Source of the DNA: Bacteroidales bacterium
Lineage (GTDB): Bacteria > Bacteroidota > Bacteroidia > Bacteroidales > WCHB1-69
Direction of reading: 5' to 3'
Assembly (NCBI GenBank): GCA_024400635.1
Contig: JAKSMI010000004.1
Location: forward strand, 22,340-86,339
Length of the DNA stretch: 64,000 nucleotides
Below, piece after piece: positions 50,289 to 58,601 of this stretch. The notes beneath the pieces were generated by a model. That model was not told the DNA's origin, ran no database searches, and was given only the letters and a program-made list of their open reading frames with translations. The translations under genes and the position numbers were made by a program. Numbering within the stretch: position 1 is the stretch's first letter; each line of letters opens with the position of its first letter.

Positions 50289-50367
50289 ATTTATTTTGAT
50301 TTGGTTCACATTTCTTGCCGGTAATACACCTTATAGAACTTGCCCCTTTCGTCCTCGCCCTGCTCCA
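50225..50367. repeat. 143-bp direct repeat, copy A (ndpA 3' end, spacer and the first 21 codons of dinD)
   Basis: Aligns with 52575-52717 at about 90 percent identity (about 14 mismatches by eye, mostly in the 17-nt spacer). Confidence 0.85.
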
Positions 50368-50524
50368 TCACATTGAATGGGCGAGGATAGCCATTGAAAT
50401 ACAGCCAATTCTGTTTAAGGAGGGGAACATCGCTGCTCAATTTTCCCCTAACGTCCGTTGTTATCGCCATCTTGGTAATATTGTATGATTGGTTCTGCAA
50501 AAATATCCAATGTTTTATCTTCAT
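50306..50524 (-). pseudogene. Chimeric ORF whose last 20 codons are an ndpA 3' end (right half of the split site)
   Basis: The C-terminus ([19 protein letters not shown]) equals the end of the full gene. The upstream 52 aa are unrelated. Confidence 0.6.
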
Positions 50525-50537
50525 TTTATTTCACTCC

Positions 50538-50572
50538 AATTCTTTCCAATGTTTTAAAGATTGGAAAGAATT
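50538..50572. repeat. 35-bp palindromic element, copy 2
   Basis: Has the same 13-bp arms as 49333-49367. The loop differs at one position. Confidence 0.85.
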
Positions 50573-50630
50573 TATGTGCTTTTCAATTTACAATTTATAA
50601 TGAACACTGTGCAATGGTTTGAGCTTACGA

Positions 50631-51356
50631 TTACCAATTTATATTGTTTTCCAACGCCTCAACGTATTTTTTGTACAGGCAGATGAAAATTTCGTCAATT
50701 AATATCAAAATGGCAAAACGAAAGAAATAATTATGATAGATGTAATCGGAACTTGCTAATGTATCAAGTGTTGGTAAGTTTTGTTGATATGATGTTAGGT
50801 TATGGGCACAACGGTTGCGGTGCTTATAAACAATTTCATCGTATGATTTATGTAGGTCGGATTGAAATAGTATGTAAGTATCTTTTTGTTTTTGTTTGAT
50901 CTGATTATCCTTTAATATTGTGTTGTTTGACTTAAAATATGAGAAACTTTCTTGTTGAGCGGCTCGTAACAGATTGGGATTGTCTAAAATATTAAGAACT
51001 ATATTTTTAACGTCCTTAACATTTGCTGTAATAACATCTATATCGAACTGGGGGATTCGTTTGATTAAATCTTTATATATGTTGTTCTTACTACAATAAT
51101 CAGAATGCTCTCCGTAATTCTTATTATTCAGATATTCATACCGATACTCATAATCATTCGTGGCCATTTCCCAGCATATACACTTCATTTTTTGCTCTTG
51201 CGCACCTGTCATTTTTAAGAAAACCGATTGCATAATGTAATCGCACAATGGATATGTTTCAATACCGCTTCCAATACCTCGGATGGCATTAACACTATCT
51301 TCCAAAATCTTTGAGAGAGGCGTTGTTATGAATTTATAATGCTGGCTCTTGTACAT
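50631..51356 (-). CDS. HEPN-like protein (R-x4-H motif)
   Basis: KHRNRCAHN (RNRCAH = R-x4-H) lies in an alpha-helical protein of 241 aa. ATG at 51356 overlaps the DUF262 stop by 23 nt; the track start at 51395 is TTG. Confidence 0.55.
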   Translation of the reverse strand: MYKSQHYKFITTPLSKILEDSVNAIRGIGSGIETYPLCDYIMQSVFLKMTGAQEQKMKCICWEMATNDYEYRYEYLNNKNYGEHSDYCSKNNIYKDLIKRIPQFDIDVITANVKDVKNIVLNILDNPNLLRAAQQESFSYFKSNNTILKDNQIKQKQKDTYILFQSDLHKSYDEIVYKHRNRCAHNLTSYQQNLPTLDTLASSDYIYHNYFFRFAILILIDEIFICLYKKYVEALENNINW

Positions 51357-52542
51357 AGTCTTTGTAGATATTGATTGATGCTTTGATTCTCTCAACAGTA
51401 TATTTTAGAGCGTTTGGTGCTCGCTTATGGGCCTCTGATTTAAAATTGGCATCATTGATTTTATTCTTAATAGCAGAATCGAGATCATCCTTGTTTGTAA
51501 TATCAATAGTTTTCCCCTTAATAATAACATAGTAAATCAACCCGAGTAAATACATGTCGGCATCAATGATTGTGTTAAAGTCCTTTGGTATTGATAAATT
51601 GTTTAACGCTGACCTTAGTGCGTCAAGTCTGCTCGTAATATCATTATCTGGATTAGGAAAAACAAATGTTATTGCTGGGAATTTTTGGTGGTCTTTTTTC
51701 TCTTCCACAATAGTTGTAATAAATTCAGAAAAATATTCTTCTCGTTTTCTGCCATAGCCATAAGCCACTTTTGTAGTATTGGGATCATTTAATTTACAAA
51801 AATCAAAAAGATATGCCAAATAACGCACAAAGTCAGGATTTTTAGGTTCTGAATTTTGCATAATTGTAATACTCTTAAGAACACCTGAATCCAATAATTT
51901 CGTGTACTTTCCATTTAGGAAATATAATGCTCGGCGGCTCTCCTCTGGTAGCAATACTTTTCCTAATGTATTGATGTGCTTAAAAATACGTGAATAATAT
52001 TTTTGTTGTTCGTTTTGGTCTGAAGTGTTAGATACGATATAAGAGAATCCTAAAAAAGTATCTTCCAAAACCTCATCAGAAATTGTCTCCGCTAGATCAT
52101 CATATCGGTCGTCAGTTGCTATCTTTTGTCTTATGTTTTCTATATTCTTGCCCATCCCTAACAATTCATCAAATCTCCATTCCAAAATAGTTTTGTCTTC
52201 ACCTTCCGAGTCCATTCCATCATCACCCTCAGCAAGAGAATTTTCTTTTAATTTGAATTTTCCTGCATTAGGATACTTTTTTATACAAGCAAGGAGAATA
52301 CTTGTTAGGCGTTGTTGCCCATCAATGATGTAATTGTGCGTTTTGCCATCGCTTGCGGTAAAAGCACCTATTGTAATAGGCGGGACAAAGTCTTTATCTC
52401 TCAAAGACTGAATTAGTTTTTTTATACTTTCCTGATTCCAACAAAACTTCCTTTGATAACGCGGTAATTCAATATTGCCACTCAACATTAAACCAATCCA
52501 ATGTTTTAGTGAGTATTCTCCATAATAAACTCTATTTTTCAT
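51334..52542 (-). CDS. DUF262 (ParB/Srx-like) protein without a DUF1524/HNH domain
   Basis: ELPRYQRKFCW and IIDGQQRLTS hallmark motifs. The C-terminal roughly 200 aa were not recognised and no H-N-H motif was seen. ATG at 52542; the track start at 52548 is TTG. Confidence 0.7.
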   Translation of the reverse strand: MKNRVYYGEYSLKHWIGLMLSGNIELPRYQRKFCWNQESIKKLIQSLRDKDFVPPITIGAFTASDGKTHNYIIDGQQRLTSILLACIKKYPNAGKFKLKENSLAEGDDGMDSEGEDKTILEWRFDELLGMGKNIENIRQKIATDDRYDDLAETISDEVLEDTFLGFSYIVSNTSDQNEQQKYYSRIFKHINTLGKVLLPEESRRALYFLNGKYTKLLDSGVLKSITIMQNSEPKNPDFVRYLAYLFDFCKLNDPNTTKVAYGYGRKREEYFSEFITTIVEEKKDHQKFPAITFVFPNPDNDITSRLDALRSALNNLSIPKDFNTIIDADMYLLGLIYYVIIKGKTIDITNKDDLDSAIKNKINDANFKSEAHKRAPNALKYTVERIKASINIYKDYVQEPAL

Positions 52543-52554
52543 ATTCAATCCTCC

Positions 52555-52638
52555 TTAATTATTCATTGTTAATTCTTCCACCTCGGCGGCGGCTTGTTCA
52601 AACTGCTCAAACAACTGTTTTATTTCTTCTGTTTTCAT
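52555..52638 (-). pseudogene. 5' fragment of a second dinD copy
   Basis: [21 protein letters not shown] matches the first 21 codons of dinD. Then comes the unrelated ELTMNN*. Confidence 0.75.
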
Positions 52639-52717
52639 ATTTATGCTGTCTTAATTTACATTTCCTGCTGGTAATACACCTTATAGAACTTGCCCCTTTC
52701 GTCCTCGCCCTGCTCCA
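52575..52717. repeat. 143-bp direct repeat, copy B
   Basis: See copy A at 50225-50367. Confidence 0.85.
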
Positions 52718-53696
52718 CGTTCTCGCGGTTGCCGTCGATGATGATTTGGATTTTCTGGTCCAATCGAATGACACGCTTGTAGCTGCGTTGTTGCTTCTTG
52801 CGTGCCGATTCAGAAATGGTAAATTGGTCATCAATGGCGATTTGGCTTTCTTCTTCGTATGCGCGCTTGTACAGATGGAATTTTTCAATCACCTCTGGCT
52901 GTTCGATGACTTCGTTGGCAAACTCCTCAATGTCGAAAGTGTCCTTTTCCTTGAAAAACTTTAATGACTTGTTAAGCAGGTCGATTTGGTCGGCTTTAGT
53001 TACCTCAAATTCGTTAGGCAGTTCCTTTGTGACAAAATCCTTTGCAAAAGTCATGAAATTCTGCGTGTTGGCGTATTCGTCTTTACGCTGGCGCACGTGC
53101 AGGAAATCGTCCACCCAATATTGCGCTTCAATGCCTTTGTTGGTATTATCAACTACCGCCACGACATAACCGTTTTCCTTTTCCTTATTGAAAATCAGGC
53201 AGCCTTTATCCAATTTCTTGATATTGATGCCTTTTTCGCTTTCCAAATTGAAACTGTTGTTTTCGTGCAGCACCTTGAGGAAAGTGTCTTTGTTTTCCGA
53301 CTTGAACAAGCCGACCGCATCCATTGTTTCGCCATCCAAAATGCAATCCTTGAAATAGACGGTATAAAACTCACCGCCTTTGATTTTCGGATGTGTGCTT
53401 TGTTCGTAAAGATGCTTTGCCAGATTCACCGACTGATCATATAGCGCATCGGGATTGTCGAAAATACGGGAAACGTAGGTGTAAACAGCGTTAAGTTCAA
53501 GCTCGCTTTCGTGAAAAAATTCGAAATATTCGTTGGTGGTGAAAGGTGAGATATAATATAATAATAAAAGGTCTTTTAATCTATCATCTATATTTACAAA
53601 TGTATTAGATAATATTATTCCATCATCCGCAACTTTATTTCCGACAAAATGTAATGTAACATTTTGAATTTTTGATTCCAAGAATATTGCACTCAT
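52656..53696 (-). CDS. Nucleoid-associated protein, NdpA/YejK (NA37) family-like
   Basis: 346 aa. The N-terminus (IQNVTLHFVGNK) and overall pattern fit my memory of Bacteroidota NA37-family proteins. Its start overlaps the upstream stop codon as ATGA. Confidence 0.6.
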   Translation of the reverse strand: MSAIFLESKIQNVTLHFVGNKVADDGIILSNTFVNIDDRLKDLLLLYYISPFTTNEYFEFFHESELELNAVYTYVSRIFDNPDALYDQSVNLAKHLYEQSTHPKIKGGEFYTVYFKDCILDGETMDAVGLFKSENKDTFLKVLHENNSFNLESEKGINIKKLDKGCLIFNKEKENGYVVAVVDNTNKGIEAQYWVDDFLHVRQRKDEYANTQNFMTFAKDFVTKELPNEFEVTKADQIDLLNKSLKFFKEKDTFDIEEFANEVIEQPEVIEKFHLYKRAYEEESQIAIDDQFTISESARKKQQRSYKRVIRLDQKIQIIIDGNRENVEQGEDERGKFYKVYYQQEM

Positions 53697-54832
53697 CGTT
53701 TTTGCTGTTTTAAGTATTCCAAAAAGTTGTTATATACAACATTTTTTTGTCTATCCATCTCTGAAAGCAATTTTGATTTCAGTTTGTTTTTATCAGTTGT
53801 GCTTAGTCTTTTTTCTGAACTTAATTGTGAAATATTCATTTCAAATTCAGCATTACCAAATTTGTTAGGATAATCCGGAAAGCCTAAACTGATAGTAAAT
53901 TTACCTTTTTCTCCCCTGTAATTATATGAAAATACGGCATCCATATTCCATAGAATAATGGAATTATGATATTTGGTATCTTTCATAAAAAACTTATCAT
54001 TCAATGATTCTCCAGACAACAGAATCTTTTTCATTTTATCCATCCAAATAATTTCTTCAGGAAGGGCTGAATTATCATCCGGTTTGATTGAAATATCCTT
54101 TATGTTTTCGCAAGTAAAGTTGTCATTTTCTAAATGAGTTGTCAACCGGTAAAAAAACGCGAATCTCTCATTATTTGAAAATTCAGAAAAAATAATTTTC
54201 TTTAGTTTTGCATCTTGCGCAACAATTCCTTTCTCTTTAAATTTTTGAATTTGTTGTTTAATAATTTGTTCTGCAATCTCTTTCGTTTCTGGCGCAGTAT
54301 GAGTTATTTTAATATGTCCCTTACCATTCTCATTAATAATTTCGACTTTCCCTGGAAATTCATTTTTCTGCTCATACCATGATTTATTTCTATCATAGCG
54401 AATAATTGTAAAGTCAGCAATTAAGTGTTCTGGATTGTTGTCAACTTTCGTAAAACGAGTTGGATACTTTAATTCACAAGAAGGCAAGTTTTTCTTTAAG
54501 AAATCATTAATATCAACATTATTACAATCAGGGTGAAACAATGTTGCATTTGGATTAAATTCTATTTCTCTTGAAAACTTTTTTTCATTATCTTCTCTCT
54601 CAGATAACGACAATCTCACTTCTTCAAATTCTTTGGGCGACAATAAAAGTGTTTGCAGAATAGGTACGGTGTATGATTTGTCGTTATTAAGTGCAAATAC
54701 TCCACGTTCTTTTAATATCCGGTGTATTTCCGCATTAGAAATAGAACTCTGGTTAACAAAACCTCGGAGCATTTCTCCAAAAGGCAACATCTTATCAATA
54801 TCGTTTTGACTTACATTCATATTAATACACAT
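53693..54832 (-). CDS. Hypothetical protein, 379 aa, no recognisable domain
   Basis: A long ORF, AT-rich and Lys/Asn-rich. ATG at 54832 overlaps the upstream gene by 11 nt; the alternative ATG at 54820 lies 1 nt after its stop. Confidence 0.6.
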   Translation of the reverse strand: MCINMNVSQNDIDKMLPFGEMLRGFVNQSSISNAEIHRILKERGVFALNNDKSYTVPILQTLLLSPKEFEEVRLSLSEREDNEKKFSREIEFNPNATLFHPDCNNVDINDFLKKNLPSCELKYPTRFTKVDNNPEHLIADFTIIRYDRNKSWYEQKNEFPGKVEIINENGKGHIKITHTAPETKEIAEQIIKQQIQKFKEKGIVAQDAKLKKIIFSEFSNNERFAFFYRLTTHLENDNFTCENIKDISIKPDDNSALPEEIIWMDKMKKILLSGESLNDKFFMKDTKYHNSIILWNMDAVFSYNYRGEKGKFTISLGFPDYPNKFGNAEFEMNISQLSSEKRLSTTDKNKLKSKLLSEMDRQKNVVYNNFLEYLKQQKR

Positions 54833-55754
54833 TTAAAAGATTTCTGTAATTCTCCACGGTAACAGTTTTTGTAAATTCATTATCCTGAAAACCTTGTTTC
54901 GATTCTGCTACAATGTTTTTATGCAACAAATTATTATAATCTGGGAAAGCTATAATCACATCTCCTACCCAATTTGATGATATATCTTTTGCTAGTCCCA
55001 TTAAACGTTTCAGGTCTGCGGCTTCAAAATTATCTATACTTGCCAATAACAAAGCTATTTCTTTTTCGTTGCTCTTTTTCATCAACTTTATTGGAATGAT
55101 ACTTGAATTCAGATATTCAACAGGAAGGATTGAGCCTGTATTATTCCTGTTTTGTGGATTTAAATTTTGACCTGTTGCTGGATAATAAAAGAAATAGTTA
55201 TATTCTGTTTTTGATTTGATATAACTCATCACTTCTAAGATAAAACCAACTCGTTTGTTATCCATGATATAAATAGTATTATTCTTGAAAGAATCAATTC
55301 GTACAGTTGACACTGCATTAATTAAATCATCATAACCATCTTCGCTATTATTCAACCAAAATAGTACTCCAACATCATTAATTGTTGTTGGATGAAAGTT
55401 GGGTATTATTGAATCTTTTTGCGGAGAACAATCAAAACATTCAATAGTGTTAATTAAGTCCAGCATATACTTTTTAAAAGTACTTTGTGGACTATTGGGA
55501 TATTTATCATTACTATATTTTGATGATATTACGATATTGTTTAATTGTCCATCAACAAGAGGATTCATGTAGGAATATAAGAAATCTATCCCATGTGTTC
55601 TTGCTGGTTCTCCTTTAGAATTTAAATGTTCCCCATTCTGTTGAGAGCAATCAATTTGAATTCCTTTTGCCAAATCTGACCATCCTATTACGGATAAGAA
55701 TCTTTCGACGACAGATTCTCCGTATTCTCCTATTTTTTTAGACCATTCACCCAT
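54822..55754 (-). CDS. Hypothetical protein, 310 aa, possible PD-(D/E)xK-like N-terminal core
   Basis: GEYGESVVERFLSVIGW...HGIDFLYS...NIVISSKY resembles a nuclease-fold G-x-x-GE ... D ... (E/S)xK arrangement. This is weak evidence, read by eye only. Confidence 0.55.
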   Translation of the reverse strand: MGEWSKKIGEYGESVVERFLSVIGWSDLAKGIQIDCSQQNGEHLNSKGEPARTHGIDFLYSYMNPLVDGQLNNIVISSKYSNDKYPNSPQSTFKKYMLDLINTIECFDCSPQKDSIIPNFHPTTINDVGVLFWLNNSEDGYDDLINAVSTVRIDSFKNNTIYIMDNKRVGFILEVMSYIKSKTEYNYFFYYPATGQNLNPQNRNNTGSILPVEYLNSSIIPIKLMKKSNEKEIALLLASIDNFEAADLKRLMGLAKDISSNWVGDVIIAFPDYNNLLHKNIVAESKQGFQDNEFTKTVTVENYRNLLNVY

Positions 55755-55795
55755 AGTTATTTGATTTATTTATTTGTTGTTATTTCCGTATATTT

Positions 55796-58237
55796 TTATT
55801 TCCCAATTCTTTCCACATACCTTTTCAGCATCTCCATTTCCTTGCGTTTCATATAGTTTTCCATGAAAACATAGTCCGGCTCGCCTTTGGAATTTACTGG
55901 AAGCATGATAGTAAACGAATTTAAGCGATTTGAATTTATTGAATGTCCGTGCCCGAAAAACTCTTCTTGCATGGAAATGCAACGAGACAAAAACACCTGT
56001 ATGTGCTTTGACAGTTCTTGTTTAGGATACAAAGCCGTAACATGACTATCTAACGCAAAATCAAATGGCTGGTAGTAGGCTAAACCTGCACCACCGTCAC
56101 CATCATTGTTGAGAGTGACACAATGTCCCTGATACAAATTTTGTGTCTCAACAAAAGACCTCAAACCATTATTCACTTTTCTTGCAGAAACCAAAGGCAC
56201 ATCTCCATCTTGCAAAGAATTCATATCTGTTTGATTTCCTTTATTCGGAGTGAACAATTTTATTAATCTAAAAGGTTTCCATTCTTTATTATCAATTCGT
56301 TCTATTTTCGGCAATTCACCAATTCGTTCCCTTCTTTCTGAATTATCAAACAAATACCCGCGTCCGTGGGCAATCATGTTAAACTCAAAAGTGAGGTAGT
56401 CGGCCATTGTCTTTTCAAAGTCGGCTTCGGTCGGGATGTCCTCGTTGAAATAATAGAACGAATGCAGCCATTCATCTTCGGCTTCAACGGTGGAAGTCAC
56501 CATGAAGTCGTTGGTGGTATGCCTGCCCATCAGCCAACATTCCAACAAAAGTTTCTTGCGCTCCTTGGCTTGCTCGGTCGGCAGCAGCCCCAAATGCGGA
56601 AACACCACAAAGCCGTCATCCTTAAAGTTAATGAACTTACTGTATTTGTTTTTCGGGTGCGGACGATGAGCGGTGAAAACGGCAATCACGGGATTGGTGC
56701 CAACGCCGTAGAAAGTCTGAGGATTCAAGGTTATCACGCCTTCCAAAGTATGGTTTTCCAGAATATAGCGTTTGTCGATTTTGTCTTCCTTGGTTTTACC
56801 TACCATAGTGCTTTGTGGCACAATCACCACGCAACGTGCGCCATCGGCCAACGAATCAAGCAAATGGCAGATGAATTTCAATTCCGTAAGTTCGGCTGTC
56901 GTTTTGTTTTTGCCTTGCGAATAAGGCGGATTCATGAAACCGACGGTGAAGTTTTTCTTTCGCAGTTCCTCGGCTGGCTGTTTCAGAAAATCGGCACAAA
57001 TCAGATTGCTTTTTCCATCGCCGCGCAAAATCATGTTGGTTGTGGCAATCGAAAACATATCGTCACGCAACTCAATGCCATGCAAACGCTCTTTCTTTAT
57101 GGTGTGCTGTTCGTCGCGGCTCGCATTTTTCAACATTCGGTGCATGGCCGAAATCAGGAAGCCGCCCGTGCCGCAACAAGGGTCAAAGACTTTGTCGGTC
57201 GGTTTCAAATCGGCTAAATCGACAAAAAGCTCCGTAATGTGTTTCGGTGTCAGCACAACGCCCAATGTCTGTCCGTCGCCACCACTGTAACGGATAAACT
57301 CGCCATAGAAACGCCCCAAGACATCTTCAGGCGAATTGTTGCAAATGGCGGTGAGGATATTAGAATAAAGATATTCAGCAAAATAACGCAATGGTGACTT
57401 GCCCAATTTGGAACTGAACTCCGATAAATGCGGACGGTTTTTTATCAGTCGGAACTGGTCGAGAACCTTTTCCTTTTTCACTTGCGGCTGAACGTGAACG
57501 CTGTCCATGTGTTTTGAAAGGGCATCAAAAATTTTGTCGCCGTCAGTCTCTCCGTTTTCCCGCGAAGCGGTCAGTTGCTCAGTGTCGAAATTCTGTTCCT
57601 GCAAGGCAAGCAAGATGGCAGACACCACCAAAGGTTTTTCCGAATCGCCCAACTGTCCGTAATTGCGCAAATCCTCATGCAGTTGTCCGGCACGTTTCAG
57701 AATCACTTCCAATTCCGCCTGTTCCACAGTCTTGCTGCCCAAGACCTCAGTGCGATAATAATTGGTGATTTTTTCAGCCGTAAAATTCTCAAAACTCTTT
57801 ACTTTTTTGAGAATCTGATAGCCGTTCTCACTCACGAAAATAGGACGAATGATGATTCTTTCATCCTGCGTGCCCGAACAGCCAAAGGCAAAGACCTTTT
57901 TGAAATGCGTCTTTTCAATGATGTTCAGGGCATAATGCAAGGCACCGTTTTCTGCATAGTTAGTCACGCTTGATGTGTCCATTAGAAGCGTGTCCTCTCT
58001 TTCGTTCATGTATTTTGCCTGCTTCGTCTGGTCGGCCTTATCCTCGATGACGATGATAAACTCGCCAGATTGAGCGACAAATTCAGGGAATCCGGTTTTG
58101 CCCGTTCCTCGTTTCGAAGACGTTTTGAGGGCTTCATTGATTTCCTCAATCTGGCTGCCATTCATCGTAAAATCGAGGCCAGCCTTTGTGAGCAATTGCG
58201 CCACAATGAAATCGGTTTTCTTCTCGTAGTCAGTCAT
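55796..58237 (-). CDS. Single-chain restriction-modification enzyme, Type IIG/IIB-like (nuclease-like N-domain + N6-adenine methyltransferase + HsdS-like TRD)
   Basis: The N-terminus (GFPEFVAQSGEFIIVIEDKAD) has a PE...ExK pattern. FDPCCGTGGF is SAM motif I and FMNPPY is motif IV. The C-terminal roughly 190 aa look like a TRD. ATG at 58237; the track start at 58240 is GTG. Confidence 0.7.
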   Translation of the reverse strand: MTDYEKKTDFIVAQLLTKAGLDFTMNGSQIEEINEALKTSSKRGTGKTGFPEFVAQSGEFIIVIEDKADQTKQAKYMNEREDTLLMDTSSVTNYAENGALHYALNIIEKTHFKKVFAFGCSGTQDERIIIRPIFVSENGYQILKKVKSFENFTAEKITNYYRTEVLGSKTVEQAELEVILKRAGQLHEDLRNYGQLGDSEKPLVVSAILLALQEQNFDTEQLTASRENGETDGDKIFDALSKHMDSVHVQPQVKKEKVLDQFRLIKNRPHLSEFSSKLGKSPLRYFAEYLYSNILTAICNNSPEDVLGRFYGEFIRYSGGDGQTLGVVLTPKHITELFVDLADLKPTDKVFDPCCGTGGFLISAMHRMLKNASRDEQHTIKKERLHGIELRDDMFSIATTNMILRGDGKSNLICADFLKQPAEELRKKNFTVGFMNPPYSQGKNKTTAELTELKFICHLLDSLADGARCVVIVPQSTMVGKTKEDKIDKRYILENHTLEGVITLNPQTFYGVGTNPVIAVFTAHRPHPKNKYSKFINFKDDGFVVFPHLGLLPTEQAKERKKLLLECWLMGRHTTNDFMVTSTVEAEDEWLHSFYYFNEDIPTEADFEKTMADYLTFEFNMIAHGRGYLFDNSERRERIGELPKIERIDNKEWKPFRLIKLFTPNKGNQTDMNSLQDGDVPLVSARKVNNGLRSFVETQNLYQGHCVTLNNDGDGGAGLAYYQPFDFALDSHVTALYPKQELSKHIQVFLSRCISMQEEFFGHGHSINSNRLNSFTIMLPVNSKGEPDYVFMENYMKRKEMEMLKRYVERIGK

Positions 58238-58601
58238 CACTTTACCTTATTATCTATGTTTCAATCTTACAAAACGTCAGCGGCATAAAACCCGCTTAAA
58301 TATTTTGATTATTTTCGTTTAAAAAGTTGCGTATATCATTGATTACAAGTGCTTTTTTTAGTGCATAAAACCAAACGACCAACAGTCTCTAACACGCGCA
58401 ACTTGGCTGCAAAGTTCGCAAAATTTCCTGACATCTGTAAGAGATTCTCTAAAAAATTATCAACAGGCATGGGATATAAGTTGCCGGTCGGTTTTAAAAC
58501 TTGTGAAAGTTAAAATTTTTCTTTACATTTTACGTGATATATTATTTTTATTTCTATTTTTTCAGTCAAATTAACAATTACATATTCAGTTAATGAAAAC
58601 C

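Noticed and set aside
56366-57217. 283-aa ORF antisense to the RM fusion gene
   Set aside because: The sense strand carries contiguous methyltransferase motifs I and IV. The antisense product is low-complexity and lacks motifs.
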